From Candidatus Acetothermia bacterium (GTDB taxonomy: Bacteria; Bipolaricaulota; Bipolaricaulia; UBA7950), in assembly GCA_022684035.1 (NCBI GenBank), contig JAJHSB010000033.1, positions 1 to 56,920 on the forward strand: 56,920 nucleotides of DNA. The letters run 5' to 3'. Of the stretch, positions 17,077 through 29,383 are shown piece after piece. Within the stretch, counting starts at the first letter, position 1. Each line of letters opens with the position of its first letter. The notes below the pieces were generated by a model. The model did no database searches and was not told the origin of the DNA. It saw nothing but the letters and a program-made list of their open reading frames with translations. A program made the translations under genes and the position numbers.

Positions 17077-18402
17077 TTAGTCTTTTTGGCGCACGCGACG
17101 CACAATGACGCGTGTGCCCTCGACTTTACGCACTTCTATTTCGGTACCTTTATCGATAAACTCGCCATCAGTGACAACATCGACGCGGGAATCACCAAAT
17201 TCCGCAGTGCCGGCCGGGCGTAGCGGAGTGATTACGCGGCCAATCATTCCAACGAGATCTGATCGCTCCGGTACTGCTGTATACCCTGAATCAACGCTCT
17301 CCTCATGCTGGAGCACAAAGCGGCCGAATAGTCGACTACCACGCCCCATTACCTTTACTGCAACGATCGCTCCTATCACGCTGACCACAAAGCCGGCTCC
17401 GAGGTAGATTGCTCCGTACCCTGGCGATGGAGCAGCCATGATGATGCTGGCGATAATCCCGCTGGTTCCCAGTACTCCCAATATACCACCGGGAACGAAA
17501 AGTTCCGCGATCAAGAGCGCAATACTGGCAATAATAAGGAGGAGTATCTCCCATCCGACCAAACCGGCAAAGAGGTGGCCGCCGAAGAAGAGAAGGAGTG
17601 CTACTGCCCCAATCGGCGCAGTTATCGCCCAGGAACCAGTCATAATCGCTGTCGTTATTGCAAGCGAACCGAAGCTGAACAAGAGCGCACTGATAGTGGG
17701 ATGCGTTACCCAACTGGCAACGTGTTCGAAAAAGGCGGGATAGATCACCACCACTTGATATTGCTCTAAATCATAGAGGCGCAATACCGCTTCCCGAGTA
17801 GCAAGGAGGTGATCGGCAAGCTTCAAGTCTACCGCTTCTTCCGCAGTCAGCGACAGTATTCTTCCACGCTCGACGACCCCCTCGATCTCGATCCGTGCAT
17901 CGGCCATCGCCTCCACCAATCTCGGGTCTCTGCCTGTCGCCTCTGCTGCTGCTCGCAGGCGGGATTTCCAATACGACAGCACCTTCTCATCGAGCGGTCG
18001 CGGTTCTGCTGCACCGATCGTTGAACCTGGTGCCATCACCACTCCCTTGCGAGCGGAGATAGTGATCAGCACTCCGGCAGAGGTCGCCTCGCGGGTGACG
18101 AAGCTGATCACCGGAACGGGACTTGCCAACATACGGGCGCTGATATCTATCACTGCATCGAGCCGCCCTCCCGGAGTATCGATCTCTACGATCACCGCAC
18201 GAGCATTGGCTCGCGCTGCCTCACGCAACGCGCGGTTGACAAAACCGGCTGCTCCCCAATCGATGACTCCGCGGATGGGAATGATGTAGAGACTTCCTCC
18301 CGATCCACTTCCTCCTGATCCGATTATTACGCCGGAAAGCAACCCAGCGGCAGCAAGCAGGATACAGACTATTCTCACAATTATCTTCTTTCTCCTGCCC
18401 AT
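17077..18402 (-). CDS. nfeD: NfeD/YqeZ membrane-bound serine protease-like protein
   Basis: EIDTPGG, SAGVLI, IGAAEP ClpP-like domain; TM region; C-terminal OB fold TPLRPAG...DVVTDGEFI. Confidence 0.9.
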   Translation of the reverse strand: MGRRKKIIVRIVCILLAAAGLLSGVIIGSGGSGSGGSLYIIPIRGVIDWGAAGFVNRALREAARANARAVIVEIDTPGGRLDAVIDISARMLASPVPVISFVTREATSAGVLITISARKGVVMAPGSTIGAAEPRPLDEKVLSYWKSRLRAAAEATGRDPRLVEAMADARIEIEGVVERGRILSLTAEEAVDLKLADHLLATREAVLRLYDLEQYQVVVIYPAFFEHVASWVTHPTISALLFSFGSLAITTAIMTGSWAITAPIGAVALLLFFGGHLFAGLVGWEILLLIIASIALLIAELFVPGGILGVLGTSGIIASIIMAAPSPGYGAIYLGAGFVVSVIGAIVAVKVMGRGSRLFGRFVLQHEESVDSGYTAVPERSDLVGMIGRVITPLRPAGTAEFGDSRVDVVTDGEFIDKGTEIEVRKVEGTRVIVRRVRQKD

Positions 18403-18655
18403 TTTCCCTCCTTGCCAATAAAGACGGAAATTATCATTATTCGATTGGTTGATCTTACTCTTATATTATACCATCATCTACCATCATCGGCAACTACGTC
18501 ATGAAAATTTCGAGTCTACTGAGCATTAGAAAAGCGACTCACTTTTCGAACTGCCCGACGAGTACTATCTTTCACAACCGTGGCATTACTCGGCAACCAA
18601 TCAATCATTTTCTGTTTCAGTTGAGGGTCGATACGCAGATTATATTGATACTCCT

Positions 18656-19465
18656 TTACTTCCCCGCATTGAATATCAACCTTAAAATACGGTTAATCTC
18701 CATCATATCAGCGCCGGTGTAGGTCAGTGTACGGTTATCAATCTGTTTTATACCTGGGATGTCCTGCGCTGAATAGACGGATAAGGGCTGGATAAGATCT
18801 ACTTCCAAGCGAATCGGTCTTTTGATCACTAATGGTGGTATATTTCCCAGATTAGTGAGTGCCGTTTTAATTCCTGTATGGATCGCCTTCTGCGCGTTTT
18901 TTGGAGTGAGACTGCGAGCAGCAGTAGTATTTATCGCCCATTTTACGATCACCCGCTTGGTCGATGGCAACAGGGAGGCAATCTCAGCATCGATCGTATC
19001 ATCACCGGCAACAAAGGCGAGCGGAACACCAAAATGTCCGGCAATGGCAGCGTTGAACCCTCCTTCACCGACCGTCGTTCCGTTGAGCCGGAGGTTGTAT
19101 ACCTGCCCGGTGAACGAATGGGCAAGCACCCCTGCTCTATCTCCTGCGCGGGAGTGATAACCAATAAAAGAAGCAGCAGCGAATGTATTATCGATTCCCG
19201 CCATCATCCCTAATGGACGTGGTGATCCTTGAATAATGATGGCAGCTTCATGGAGTTCGTCGAGCAATAAGTTACGCATATGTCCGTGTGAGTCGGCAAC
19301 AACCACCTCGGTTGCTCCTGCCTCCAACGTTCCTTCGATCGCTGCATTTGTTTCGCCGGTCATCCATTTGCGTGCCTTTTCGTATTCCGGTCCTTCTAAC
19401 TTAACGTGATCGCCATGGGTTACACCAGCGATTCCTTCCATATCAACTGAGATATAAACCTTCAT
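18656..19465 (-). CDS. dppA: D-aminopeptidase, M55 family
   Basis: YISVDMEGIAG, DSHG, IGYH, LAHS, GDD motifs. Confidence 0.92.
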   Translation of the reverse strand: MKVYISVDMEGIAGVTHGDHVKLEGPEYEKARKWMTGETNAAIEGTLEAGATEVVVADSHGHMRNLLLDELHEAAIIIQGSPRPLGMMAGIDNTFAAASFIGYHSRAGDRAGVLAHSFTGQVYNLRLNGTTVGEGGFNAAIAGHFGVPLAFVAGDDTIDAEIASLLPSTKRVIVKWAINTTAARSLTPKNAQKAIHTGIKTALTNLGNIPPLVIKRPIRLEVDLIQPLSVYSAQDIPGIKQIDNRTLTYTGADMMEINRILRLIFNAGK

Positions 19466-19627
19466 TCTTCCTCCTTTCTATGTGTATAGGAAAGTATAGA
19501 ATATTTGCCTACTTAAGTCTTTAGTTATCTTTTCCTCCTCGTTAGCGTGTGTTATGGATAATTAACCGCCGAGCATGCAGAGAATAGAGAGTTCTTATTT
19601 TTGGTTCTTCTCCAATTTAGTTGCTAA

Positions 19628-19765
19628 AAAGGATTCAAGGGTTCAAGTACTTATTTTTTAGTAAGGATTTTATAAGCATTTCCCTTGACTCCTCGCATCC
19701 TTTTGTAATTCTTAAGTATCTCCCTCGAATCCTCATAATCTTACCAACTTTTTTGGAGATGATCC
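19628..19765 (-). mobile_element. Internally deleted copy of a four-helix-bundle (IVP/Avd-like) cassette
   Basis: Minus-strand 5' 44 nt match 49718-49761 with one mismatch; other end ATAAAATCCTTA..AAATAAG..CTTGAACCCTTGAATCCTTT resembles 49956-49990. Confidence 0.65.
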
Positions 19766-19902
19766 ACTGATATTAGTCCAATTAACAAGGAGAATAAGGA
19801 TGGAATCAGGTCTTGCAATCCAACATTTTTGGTGAGCCAACCCTCATGCTTGTATTATCTTGTATTGTGACACATATATGCCGTAAAATCACTTTGTGAT
19901 TA

Positions 19903-20793
19903 ATGATGGCAGATATAAATTTTGATGTCGATAGTATCGTAAAAGAAGCGACGAAAGGATATTCCGGTGCTCATGATATCCTTCGCATTTACCTGCGGGA
20001 AATTGCGCGGTTTCCGGTTCTGACAGAAGAGAGAGAGAAAGAGCTGGCAGAACGCAAAAGTGATGGGGACATAAAAGCGTATGAGGAATTGGTCCTTTCG
20101 CATCTGCCATTTGTTGTCACCATCGCTCGCCAATACAGTGGTTCCGGTATCGCTCTCCTTGACCTCATCCAAGAAGGGAACATCGGCTTGATCGAGGGAG
20201 TGAAACGGTTTGATCAGAGAAAAGGATATCGTTTAAGCACATATTCTTCTTGGTGGATCAGACGGGCGATCCGCAATGCAATTACCGAATATTCGCGTAT
20301 GATTCGCATCCCAGAATACATCTTCCGTGCGATCAACACACTCGAAGAGTTACGTACTCGTAGCGATGGAAAGCCGCTTGATGAACAGGAGATTATCAAC
20401 GCGATTGGCATATCAGTCGATACTCTGCGTCAAATCGAAGCACAAGTGAAAGAGGTATTGTCACTCGATCAATTGGTGGGAGATACGAGTGATGATCTCC
20501 GCTACGAAACGATCGAGGATAAAACGATTCCAGCGCCGGAAAAAGAGGCTTTGCGACTCATCTTGCACGAGGAATTGGAAGACGAATTAAAAGAGATTCC
20601 TCTCCGCGAAGCGCTGGTATTACGCTATTACTATGGATTACATGATGCTCGTTCGTATTCACTGGCAGAGATCGGCCGTCAACTCGGTGTGAGTCGAGAA
20701 AGAGTTCGCCAATTGTTAAATCAAGGATTAGGGCGTCTCAGTGAGACTTGGGATCGTTATGCAATGGAGTTTCTCCGTTCGCTCAATGATTGA
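19903..20793 (+). CDS. RNA polymerase sigma-70 family factor, RpoD/RpoS-like without region 1.1
   Basis: YLREI (1.2), DLIQEGNIGL (2.2), STYSSWWIRRAI (2.3-2.4), SLAEIG...SRERVRQ (4.2). Confidence 0.9.
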   Translation: MMADINFDVDSIVKEATKGYSGAHDILRIYLREIARFPVLTEEREKELAERKSDGDIKAYEELVLSHLPFVVTIARQYSGSGIALLDLIQEGNIGLIEGVKRFDQRKGYRLSTYSSWWIRRAIRNAITEYSRMIRIPEYIFRAINTLEELRTRSDGKPLDEQEIINAIGISVDTLRQIEAQVKEVLSLDQLVGDTSDDLRYETIEDKTIPAPEKEALRLILHEELEDELKEIPLREALVLRYYYGLHDARSYSLAEIGRQLGVSRERVRQLLNQGLGRLSETWDRYAMEFLRSLND

Positions 20794-20899
20794 GCAATAG
20801 ACTGCGTTTACCATCTACCTGGCAACGGGCAGAGCGGAAAACTTTATGATCTTACGTGAAATTACGGTAAGGAGCAAGGATTCCCGATATATTTTGCTG

Positions 20900-23990
<3,091 letters not shown>

Positions 23991-25049
23991 TTATACCGGA
24001 CTTAACAGTTGGTGGCACTTACCAACGAATTCAGTAACAAAGTGAATAGTGTGCTCCAAATCATTGAGACGCAATACTGATATAGGAGAATGAATATAGC
24101 GACACGGTACAGAGACGACACCGCTGATAACGCCTGCTTTTGTCAAGTGAATCGCGCCAGCGTCGGTTCCGCCGTAAGTCGGCAACTTGTATTGATACGG
24201 AATCATTGCTTCTTCTGCCACCCTCTCTAACGCCTGGACCATTCGCGGGTGAATGATAATTGAGTTATCAACCACCGTGATTGCTGGCCCTTTACCCAGA
24301 CGAACCGGCTGTCGTGCTTCAGGAACACCAGGCATATCCGCCCCAATCGTTCCCTCGACTGCAAGCGCGATATCCGGGTCGATTTGATAGGTAGCTGTCC
24401 GTGCACCACGTAACCCTACCTCTTCGCCGATGACAAAGGCGAAGACAAGCTCGATGTCGAGTGATACCTTGGCGATCTTACGGGCAACTTCGATCAACAC
24501 TGTACAACCAGCCCGATCATCAAATGCCTTGCCAGTAACGTATCCTGGTGTAAGTTCTGTGAACGGATAGTGGATAACGAGCGGATCACCGATGTGTATC
24601 CCTATCTCTTTTATCTCTTTACGTGATGTTGCTCCGACATCGATAAACATCTCATCGATTGAAATGACCTTTTTCCGATCCTTATCGTCAAGAATATGGG
24701 GAGGAGCACTACCGATTACCCCGTAGACCTTCTTGCCTGAGCGGAGTTGAATCGTTACTCGATGGGCCGGAATAATCCGGTTATCCCATCCTCCGAGCGG
24801 AACAAACCGCAGATATCCACTCTCTTCGATGTACTTGACGATAAATCCAACCTCATCCATATGGGCATCGAGCAACAATCTCATCTTGCCCTTACCGCGG
24901 CGGTAGGCGATCAGGTTACCTAATCGATCGACTCTAATATCATCGACATAAGGTTTGATCAACTCTTTGATCTTTTCTTGTACCTCGGTTTCAAAACCTG
25001 GTACTCCGAAGCTATCGGAGAGCGCGCACAATATTTCGTTTGCCTTCAT
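23991..25049 (-). CDS. M42 family aminopeptidase
   Basis: AHMDEVG, KAFDDRAG, EEVGLRGA, GGTDAG, RYIHSP. Confidence 0.93.
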   Translation of the reverse strand: MKANEILCALSDSFGVPGFETEVQEKIKELIKPYVDDIRVDRLGNLIAYRRGKGKMRLLLDAHMDEVGFIVKYIEESGYLRFVPLGGWDNRIIPAHRVTIQLRSGKKVYGVIGSAPPHILDDKDRKKVISIDEMFIDVGATSRKEIKEIGIHIGDPLVIHYPFTELTPGYVTGKAFDDRAGCTVLIEVARKIAKVSLDIELVFAFVIGEEVGLRGARTATYQIDPDIALAVEGTIGADMPGVPEARQPVRLGKGPAITVVDNSIIIHPRMVQALERVAEEAMIPYQYKLPTYGGTDAGAIHLTKAGVISGVVSVPCRYIHSPISVLRLNDLEHTIHFVTEFVGKCHQLLSPV

Positions 25050-25157
25050 CTAATTCCTCCTGATTGTGAGATTATATAGACAGAAGCAGTATTACGCAAT
25101 TGCTTCTCTCTTGCCAGCTGGCTAATCAGTCTCTCTGGCGCTACAATTTGATCAGTT

Positions 25158-26654
25158 ATGGCAGTCATTAATAAGATCAGTAAAGTGATGAACAGAGACC
25201 GTGTACTGGTCTCCTTCGACCAAAGTCGGATAGTGCGGGCGTTGGCCCGTGCCGCTGCATCGATCGGTGGTTTTGAGCGTGATTATCTGCCGGCGATCAA
25301 TGGCCGTATCTTTGACTCCTGTAAAACTGGCGGTCCAGGCACAGCAACTGATGAAACAATTGCCGACTTTCTCTCTGACTTGGTCGTAACCTGTCTCAAT
25401 GCCAATCCCTACCATCTTGTCTCTAATTTCCCTCCGAACGTGGAACAGATACAAGATGTTGTTCTCCATGTTCTGCGCAGCTACGGATTTACCATCACTG
25501 CCGACGCTTATGAATCTTTTCGCTGGGGTAATCACTGGGTGCGCCAGAAAGCGATCACTCCTCAACAGTTCGTTCGCAATGGCTATCCATCGGCACATAT
25601 AGAAAAGATCGAGCAATGGAACCGCGATCATCATTGCCTTACGATCGCTGACTTAAACGAAATCACCCGCAGCGGAAAGATCAAAGAGTTGATCGATGCT
25701 GGTTTGGCCGCCTACGAAGCTTCGCTCGATGAAGGAGTAGCACGGGTCATCGCGCGCATCAATGGAGGCGATAAGATTAAACTTATCTGGATCAGCGGTC
25801 CCTCTTCATCGGGTAAAACAACGACTACCGTAAAATTAGCGGAACGATTGCGCTGTCACGGCTTGGAATTTCTCATGCTTAACCTCGATGATTATTTTTT
25901 GCCGTTGATCACGCATCCAACAGACTGGATCGATGATCGTAATTATGAGACGCCGGAAGCGCTCGATATTCAATTGATCAACGAACACCTGTTAAGACTC
26001 CTTGCCGGCGAACGAGTGGCCAAACCGATCTATAGTTTCACAGAAGGCCGCCGGATAGGCACTGAGGAAGTAAAATTGGAACGCGACCAGATACTCCTGC
26101 TCGATTGCCTGCATGGGTTCTACCCGCCGATCAATAAAGGAATCGATTCGTATTCAATATTCCGTCTGTACATCGAAGCGATGAATGTCCTGTATGAGAA
26201 CGATGGTAATAGCAAGGAAGCAAACAAAAGAAAGATGACGCGATTTGAAGATATCCGCCTTCTTCGCAGGACATTGCGCGACGCAAAATACCGTAACCAT
26301 AGCCCTCTGTCAACGTTTCTCCACTGGCATTATGTGCGAGCAGGCGAGCTATCCAGCATCATTCCCTTGAAGGGGTTGGCCGATATAATCATCAATGGCG
26401 GCATGCCGTTTGACCTGCCGGTTCTACAACCATTCTTTGCCGGCAACAGCAGGTACTGGCCGAAACAGGAAGATTTCACGCAATATCGAACTTTTCTCGA
26501 TGCGTACATCCGCTATGAGCGACTGGGATCGCTCTTGCAATCAGTCGAAGGGTTACCGATGACGCAGATTCAGGATCATCGCCTCATTCCTGGGGATGCT
26601 CTACTCAGGGAATTCATCGGGGGGAACACGATCAAGATTCCTCACAATGAGTGA
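25158..26654 (+). CDS. ATP-cone domain fused to uridine/nucleoside kinase-like P-loop domain
   Basis: N-terminal VMNRD..VSFDQSRI...VEQIQDVV...AY ATP cone; GPSSSGKTT Walker A, LDDYF, RLLRR. Confidence 0.8.
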   Translation: MAVINKISKVMNRDRVLVSFDQSRIVRALARAAASIGGFERDYLPAINGRIFDSCKTGGPGTATDETIADFLSDLVVTCLNANPYHLVSNFPPNVEQIQDVVLHVLRSYGFTITADAYESFRWGNHWVRQKAITPQQFVRNGYPSAHIEKIEQWNRDHHCLTIADLNEITRSGKIKELIDAGLAAYEASLDEGVARVIARINGGDKIKLIWISGPSSSGKTTTTVKLAERLRCHGLEFLMLNLDDYFLPLITHPTDWIDDRNYETPEALDIQLINEHLLRLLAGERVAKPIYSFTEGRRIGTEEVKLERDQILLLDCLHGFYPPINKGIDSYSIFRLYIEAMNVLYENDGNSKEANKRKMTRFEDIRLLRRTLRDAKYRNHSPLSTFLHWHYVRAGELSSIIPLKGLADIIINGGMPFDLPVLQPFFAGNSRYWPKQEDFTQYRTFLDAYIRYERLGSLLQSVEGLPMTQIQDHRLIPGDALLREFIGGNTIKIPHNE

Positions 26655-26662
26655 ATTCCATC

Positions 26663-27031
26663 TTAAGTTCGATTCTCCTCCGCTTCAATATCAGGCTTTC
26701 TCCGCAGTTGTTTCTTCTCTGCCAGTCGTTCTTTGTCGATGCGGCGTTGCGCCCGCCCGCCACGGGAAATGGCAGTCGGAATACGGGGTGGATCTACCTG
26801 TAACAGGGCGTCCAACTTACGTCTTAACTGCGCCAATGCGATCTGTTTATTGCGATATTGACTGCGCTCACGTTGGCACGTCACAACGATTCCTGTCGGA
26901 CGGTGTCGAATTCTCACCGCTGTATCCCGCTTGTTGACATTCTGCCCGCCCGGACCACTTGAGCGGAATCTCTCTACAATGCATTCGGCAAGGAGATCCT
27001 TCTCTGAACTTGGAATCTTCAGAACTGTCAT
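26663..27031 (-). CDS. Peptidyl-tRNA hydrolase, RF-1 domain, ArfB/YaeJ-like ribosome rescue factor
   Basis: [19 protein letters not shown], basic C-terminal tail. Confidence 0.85.
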   Translation of the reverse strand: MTVLKIPSSEKDLLAECIVERFRSSGPGGQNVNKRDTAVRIRHRPTGIVVTCQRERSQYRNKQIALAQLRRKLDALLQVDPPRIPTAISRGGRAQRRIDKERLAEKKQLRRKPDIEAEENRT

Positions 27032-27152
27032 AATCGATCTTCACCGAATAGGATATCTGGTTGAGTGCAGGTTTGTCGAACCAAAGCGAACGTAGATCTT
27101 TGGCTCTATGAGCTGTTTCGTTATATGTAACGTCGGCATACTGAATGCATCC

Positions 27153-28529
27153 TTACCCACTGCAGCGCAGAATACGGAAACCGACTGCTGGAACCTCAAT
27201 TGGTGACGAAGTATTCTCCTGAAGATAAAGATCATAAAAATTCTCTTTAATGGAGGCGGGGAGCTTAACTGAGACCGGTTTATTGCCGGTGTTGATTACG
27301 ATGAGAATCTTTTCTGCTCCCAGCTGCCGCAGATAAGCGAGAATCGCCTCTTCTGCTTGGATTAGTACGAATTCACCCCGGCGCAGCGCTCTTATCTCTG
27401 TCCGTAATTTGATCAACTCTTTAACAACACCAAAGATATTCCTATCTTGCTTTTCTTCGTTCCAGAGAAAAGTACGGCGACAATCCGGATCTTCCTCTCC
27501 TCTCATACCGATCTCGTCTCCATAATAGATTGCCGGCACACCAGGAAAGGTAAAGAGGAACGCCGCAGCAAGAAGGAATTTGCGATGGTCATCGTTGCAG
27601 AGGGTGAGAAAGCGGGGTTTGTCATGGCTCCCGAGGAGGGTATAAGAGGTGTAGTTTGCCTCCTTGGGGTAGCTCTTCCAGATACCGTGAAGATAATTGC
27701 TGAACTGCCCTGCATCCCATTCGCCCTTTGCAAAGAAGGAGACGAGCCCTTCCCACAATTTATAGTGCATCACTCCATCGAGCGCATCATGTTTAAACCA
27801 CGAAGTGGCGAGCCCCATCACTTCTCCCATAACATAGGCATCGGGGTTCTCTTCCTTGGCAGCACTGCGAACAGAACGGACAAAATCCGGAGGGAGGTAC
27901 TCAGTCGTATCAAGCCGCCAGCCATCGATCTTGTACTCATTGATCCAGTAGCGCACCACAGAGAGCAAGTATTCCCAAACATCCGGGTTACGATGGTTCC
28001 ATTCTGGCATACTTGCAACCCCGGCCCAGCAGACGTAATTTGGTTGTGGTTTGTAAACAACTTGCTCGCCGGAGAGAGTGAACCAGTTCCAATAAGGAGA
28101 GCTCGGCCCGCGTGCGATGATATCCTGGAAAAACGGATGCGTTTTGCCGCAGTGGTTGAAGACTCCGTCGAGGACGATGCGCATCTGGCGATCGTGTAAT
28201 TCCGTAATCAGTCTGCGGAGAGCGGCATTTCCTCCGAATGCCGGGTCGACTCGGAAGTAGTCCTCGGTATCATATTTGTGATTCGACGGGGCAGTAAAGA
28301 TCGGAGTGAGATAGAGCGTGTTTACTCCGAGCCTCTGTAGGTAGTCGAGCTTCTTTACGATGCCGACAAGATCACCACCGAAGAAGGAATGACTCTGCGG
28401 GCGGTCTCCCCACGGCCACACCCCATCTGGATCATTCCCTGGATCGCCGTTAAAAAACCGCTCGGGAAAGATCTGGTAGAAGATCGCATCGCGGATCCAG
28501 TCTGGTGTTGTAAGTCTTTCTGTTCTCAT
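27153..28529 (-). CDS. GH13 cyclomaltodextrinase/neopullulanase-like alpha-glucan hydrolase
   Basis: YQIFPERF, DGVFNH, DGWRLD, GE, LLGSHD, DPDCRR. Start 28529 overlaps malG stop (ATGA); track start 28640 is probably too long. Confidence 0.9.
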   Translation of the reverse strand: MRTERLTTPDWIRDAIFYQIFPERFFNGDPGNDPDGVWPWGDRPQSHSFFGGDLVGIVKKLDYLQRLGVNTLYLTPIFTAPSNHKYDTEDYFRVDPAFGGNAALRRLITELHDRQMRIVLDGVFNHCGKTHPFFQDIIARGPSSPYWNWFTLSGEQVVYKPQPNYVCWAGVASMPEWNHRNPDVWEYLLSVVRYWINEYKIDGWRLDTTEYLPPDFVRSVRSAAKEENPDAYVMGEVMGLATSWFKHDALDGVMHYKLWEGLVSFFAKGEWDAGQFSNYLHGIWKSYPKEANYTSYTLLGSHDKPRFLTLCNDDHRKFLLAAAFLFTFPGVPAIYYGDEIGMRGEEDPDCRRTFLWNEEKQDRNIFGVVKELIKLRTEIRALRRGEFVLIQAEEAILAYLRQLGAEKILIVINTGNKPVSVKLPASIKENFYDLYLQENTSSPIEVPAVGFRILRCSG

Positions 28530-29383
28530 CCCTTGACTGCTCCGCGGGTGAGGCCGGAGACGATAAAGTCTTGCAGGAGAAGAAAGATAATCACAATGGG
28601 AAGAGCGCCCAGTAATGCTGCAGCAGCGAAAATCCCCCAACGGGTATCAAATTCGCCTACAATGAATAATCGCAGCCCCACGGCAAAGGTATACTGTTCA
28701 GTGCCTGTCAATAGAATACTGGGTAAGAGAAAGTCACCATATGTTCCGATGAAGGTTAATATTGCGATCACCGCTAATATTGGCCGTACCAAAGGGAGAA
28801 TGATCCAGATAAATGCCTGGAACGGCGTAGCTCCGTCGATCAGTGCTGATTCCTCAAGCGAACGTGGAATAGTGTCAAAATACCCTTTCATCAGCCATGC
28901 ATTGAACCCCAGCGCTCCTCCCAGGTAGATGAGGATCAGTCCGGCATGCGTATTCAATCCCGCCCACGGAACGAGTCCGCCAATCCGCTGAAGAAAGAGG
29001 AAGAGCGCTACCATCGCCATCATTGATGGGAACATCTGCACGAGTAACATTGTAACAAGACCGGTTCGTCGCCCGCGAAAGCGAAACCGGGAAAAGGCAT
29101 ACGCAGCCAGCGCGCCCATAGCAACAGTGAGGATAGCAGTTATACCAGAGATTTTGACGCTGTTTAGCAGCCACCGCCCAAATGGATGGCGTGGATTGGT
29201 GAATAAATTTACAAAGTGATCCCAGTTGGCATTCGGGGGAATCAACTCCTGGCCAATCAGTGTATTGGCCGGATTGAGCGATGCAGAAAAGATCCATGCA
29301 ATTGGAAAGAAAACGAGCGCGATAAATACCCAGATGATCAGATGTTTGCTGATTCTGCGCGGTAGGGATGATCGTCTAAACAT
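28526..29383 (-). CDS. malG: Maltose/maltodextrin ABC permease MalG
   Basis: AYAFSRFRFRGRR, LVQMFP, EAA loop LEESALIDGA, GLTRGAVKG. Confidence 0.92.
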   Translation of the reverse strand: MFRRSSLPRRISKHLIIWVFIALVFFPIAWIFSASLNPANTLIGQELIPPNANWDHFVNLFTNPRHPFGRWLLNSVKISGITAILTVAMGALAAYAFSRFRFRGRRTGLVTMLLVQMFPSMMAMVALFLFLQRIGGLVPWAGLNTHAGLILIYLGGALGFNAWLMKGYFDTIPRSLEESALIDGATPFQAFIWIILPLVRPILAVIAILTFIGTYGDFLLPSILLTGTEQYTFAVGLRLFIVGEFDTRWGIFAAAALLGALPIVIIFLLLQDFIVSGLTRGAVKG

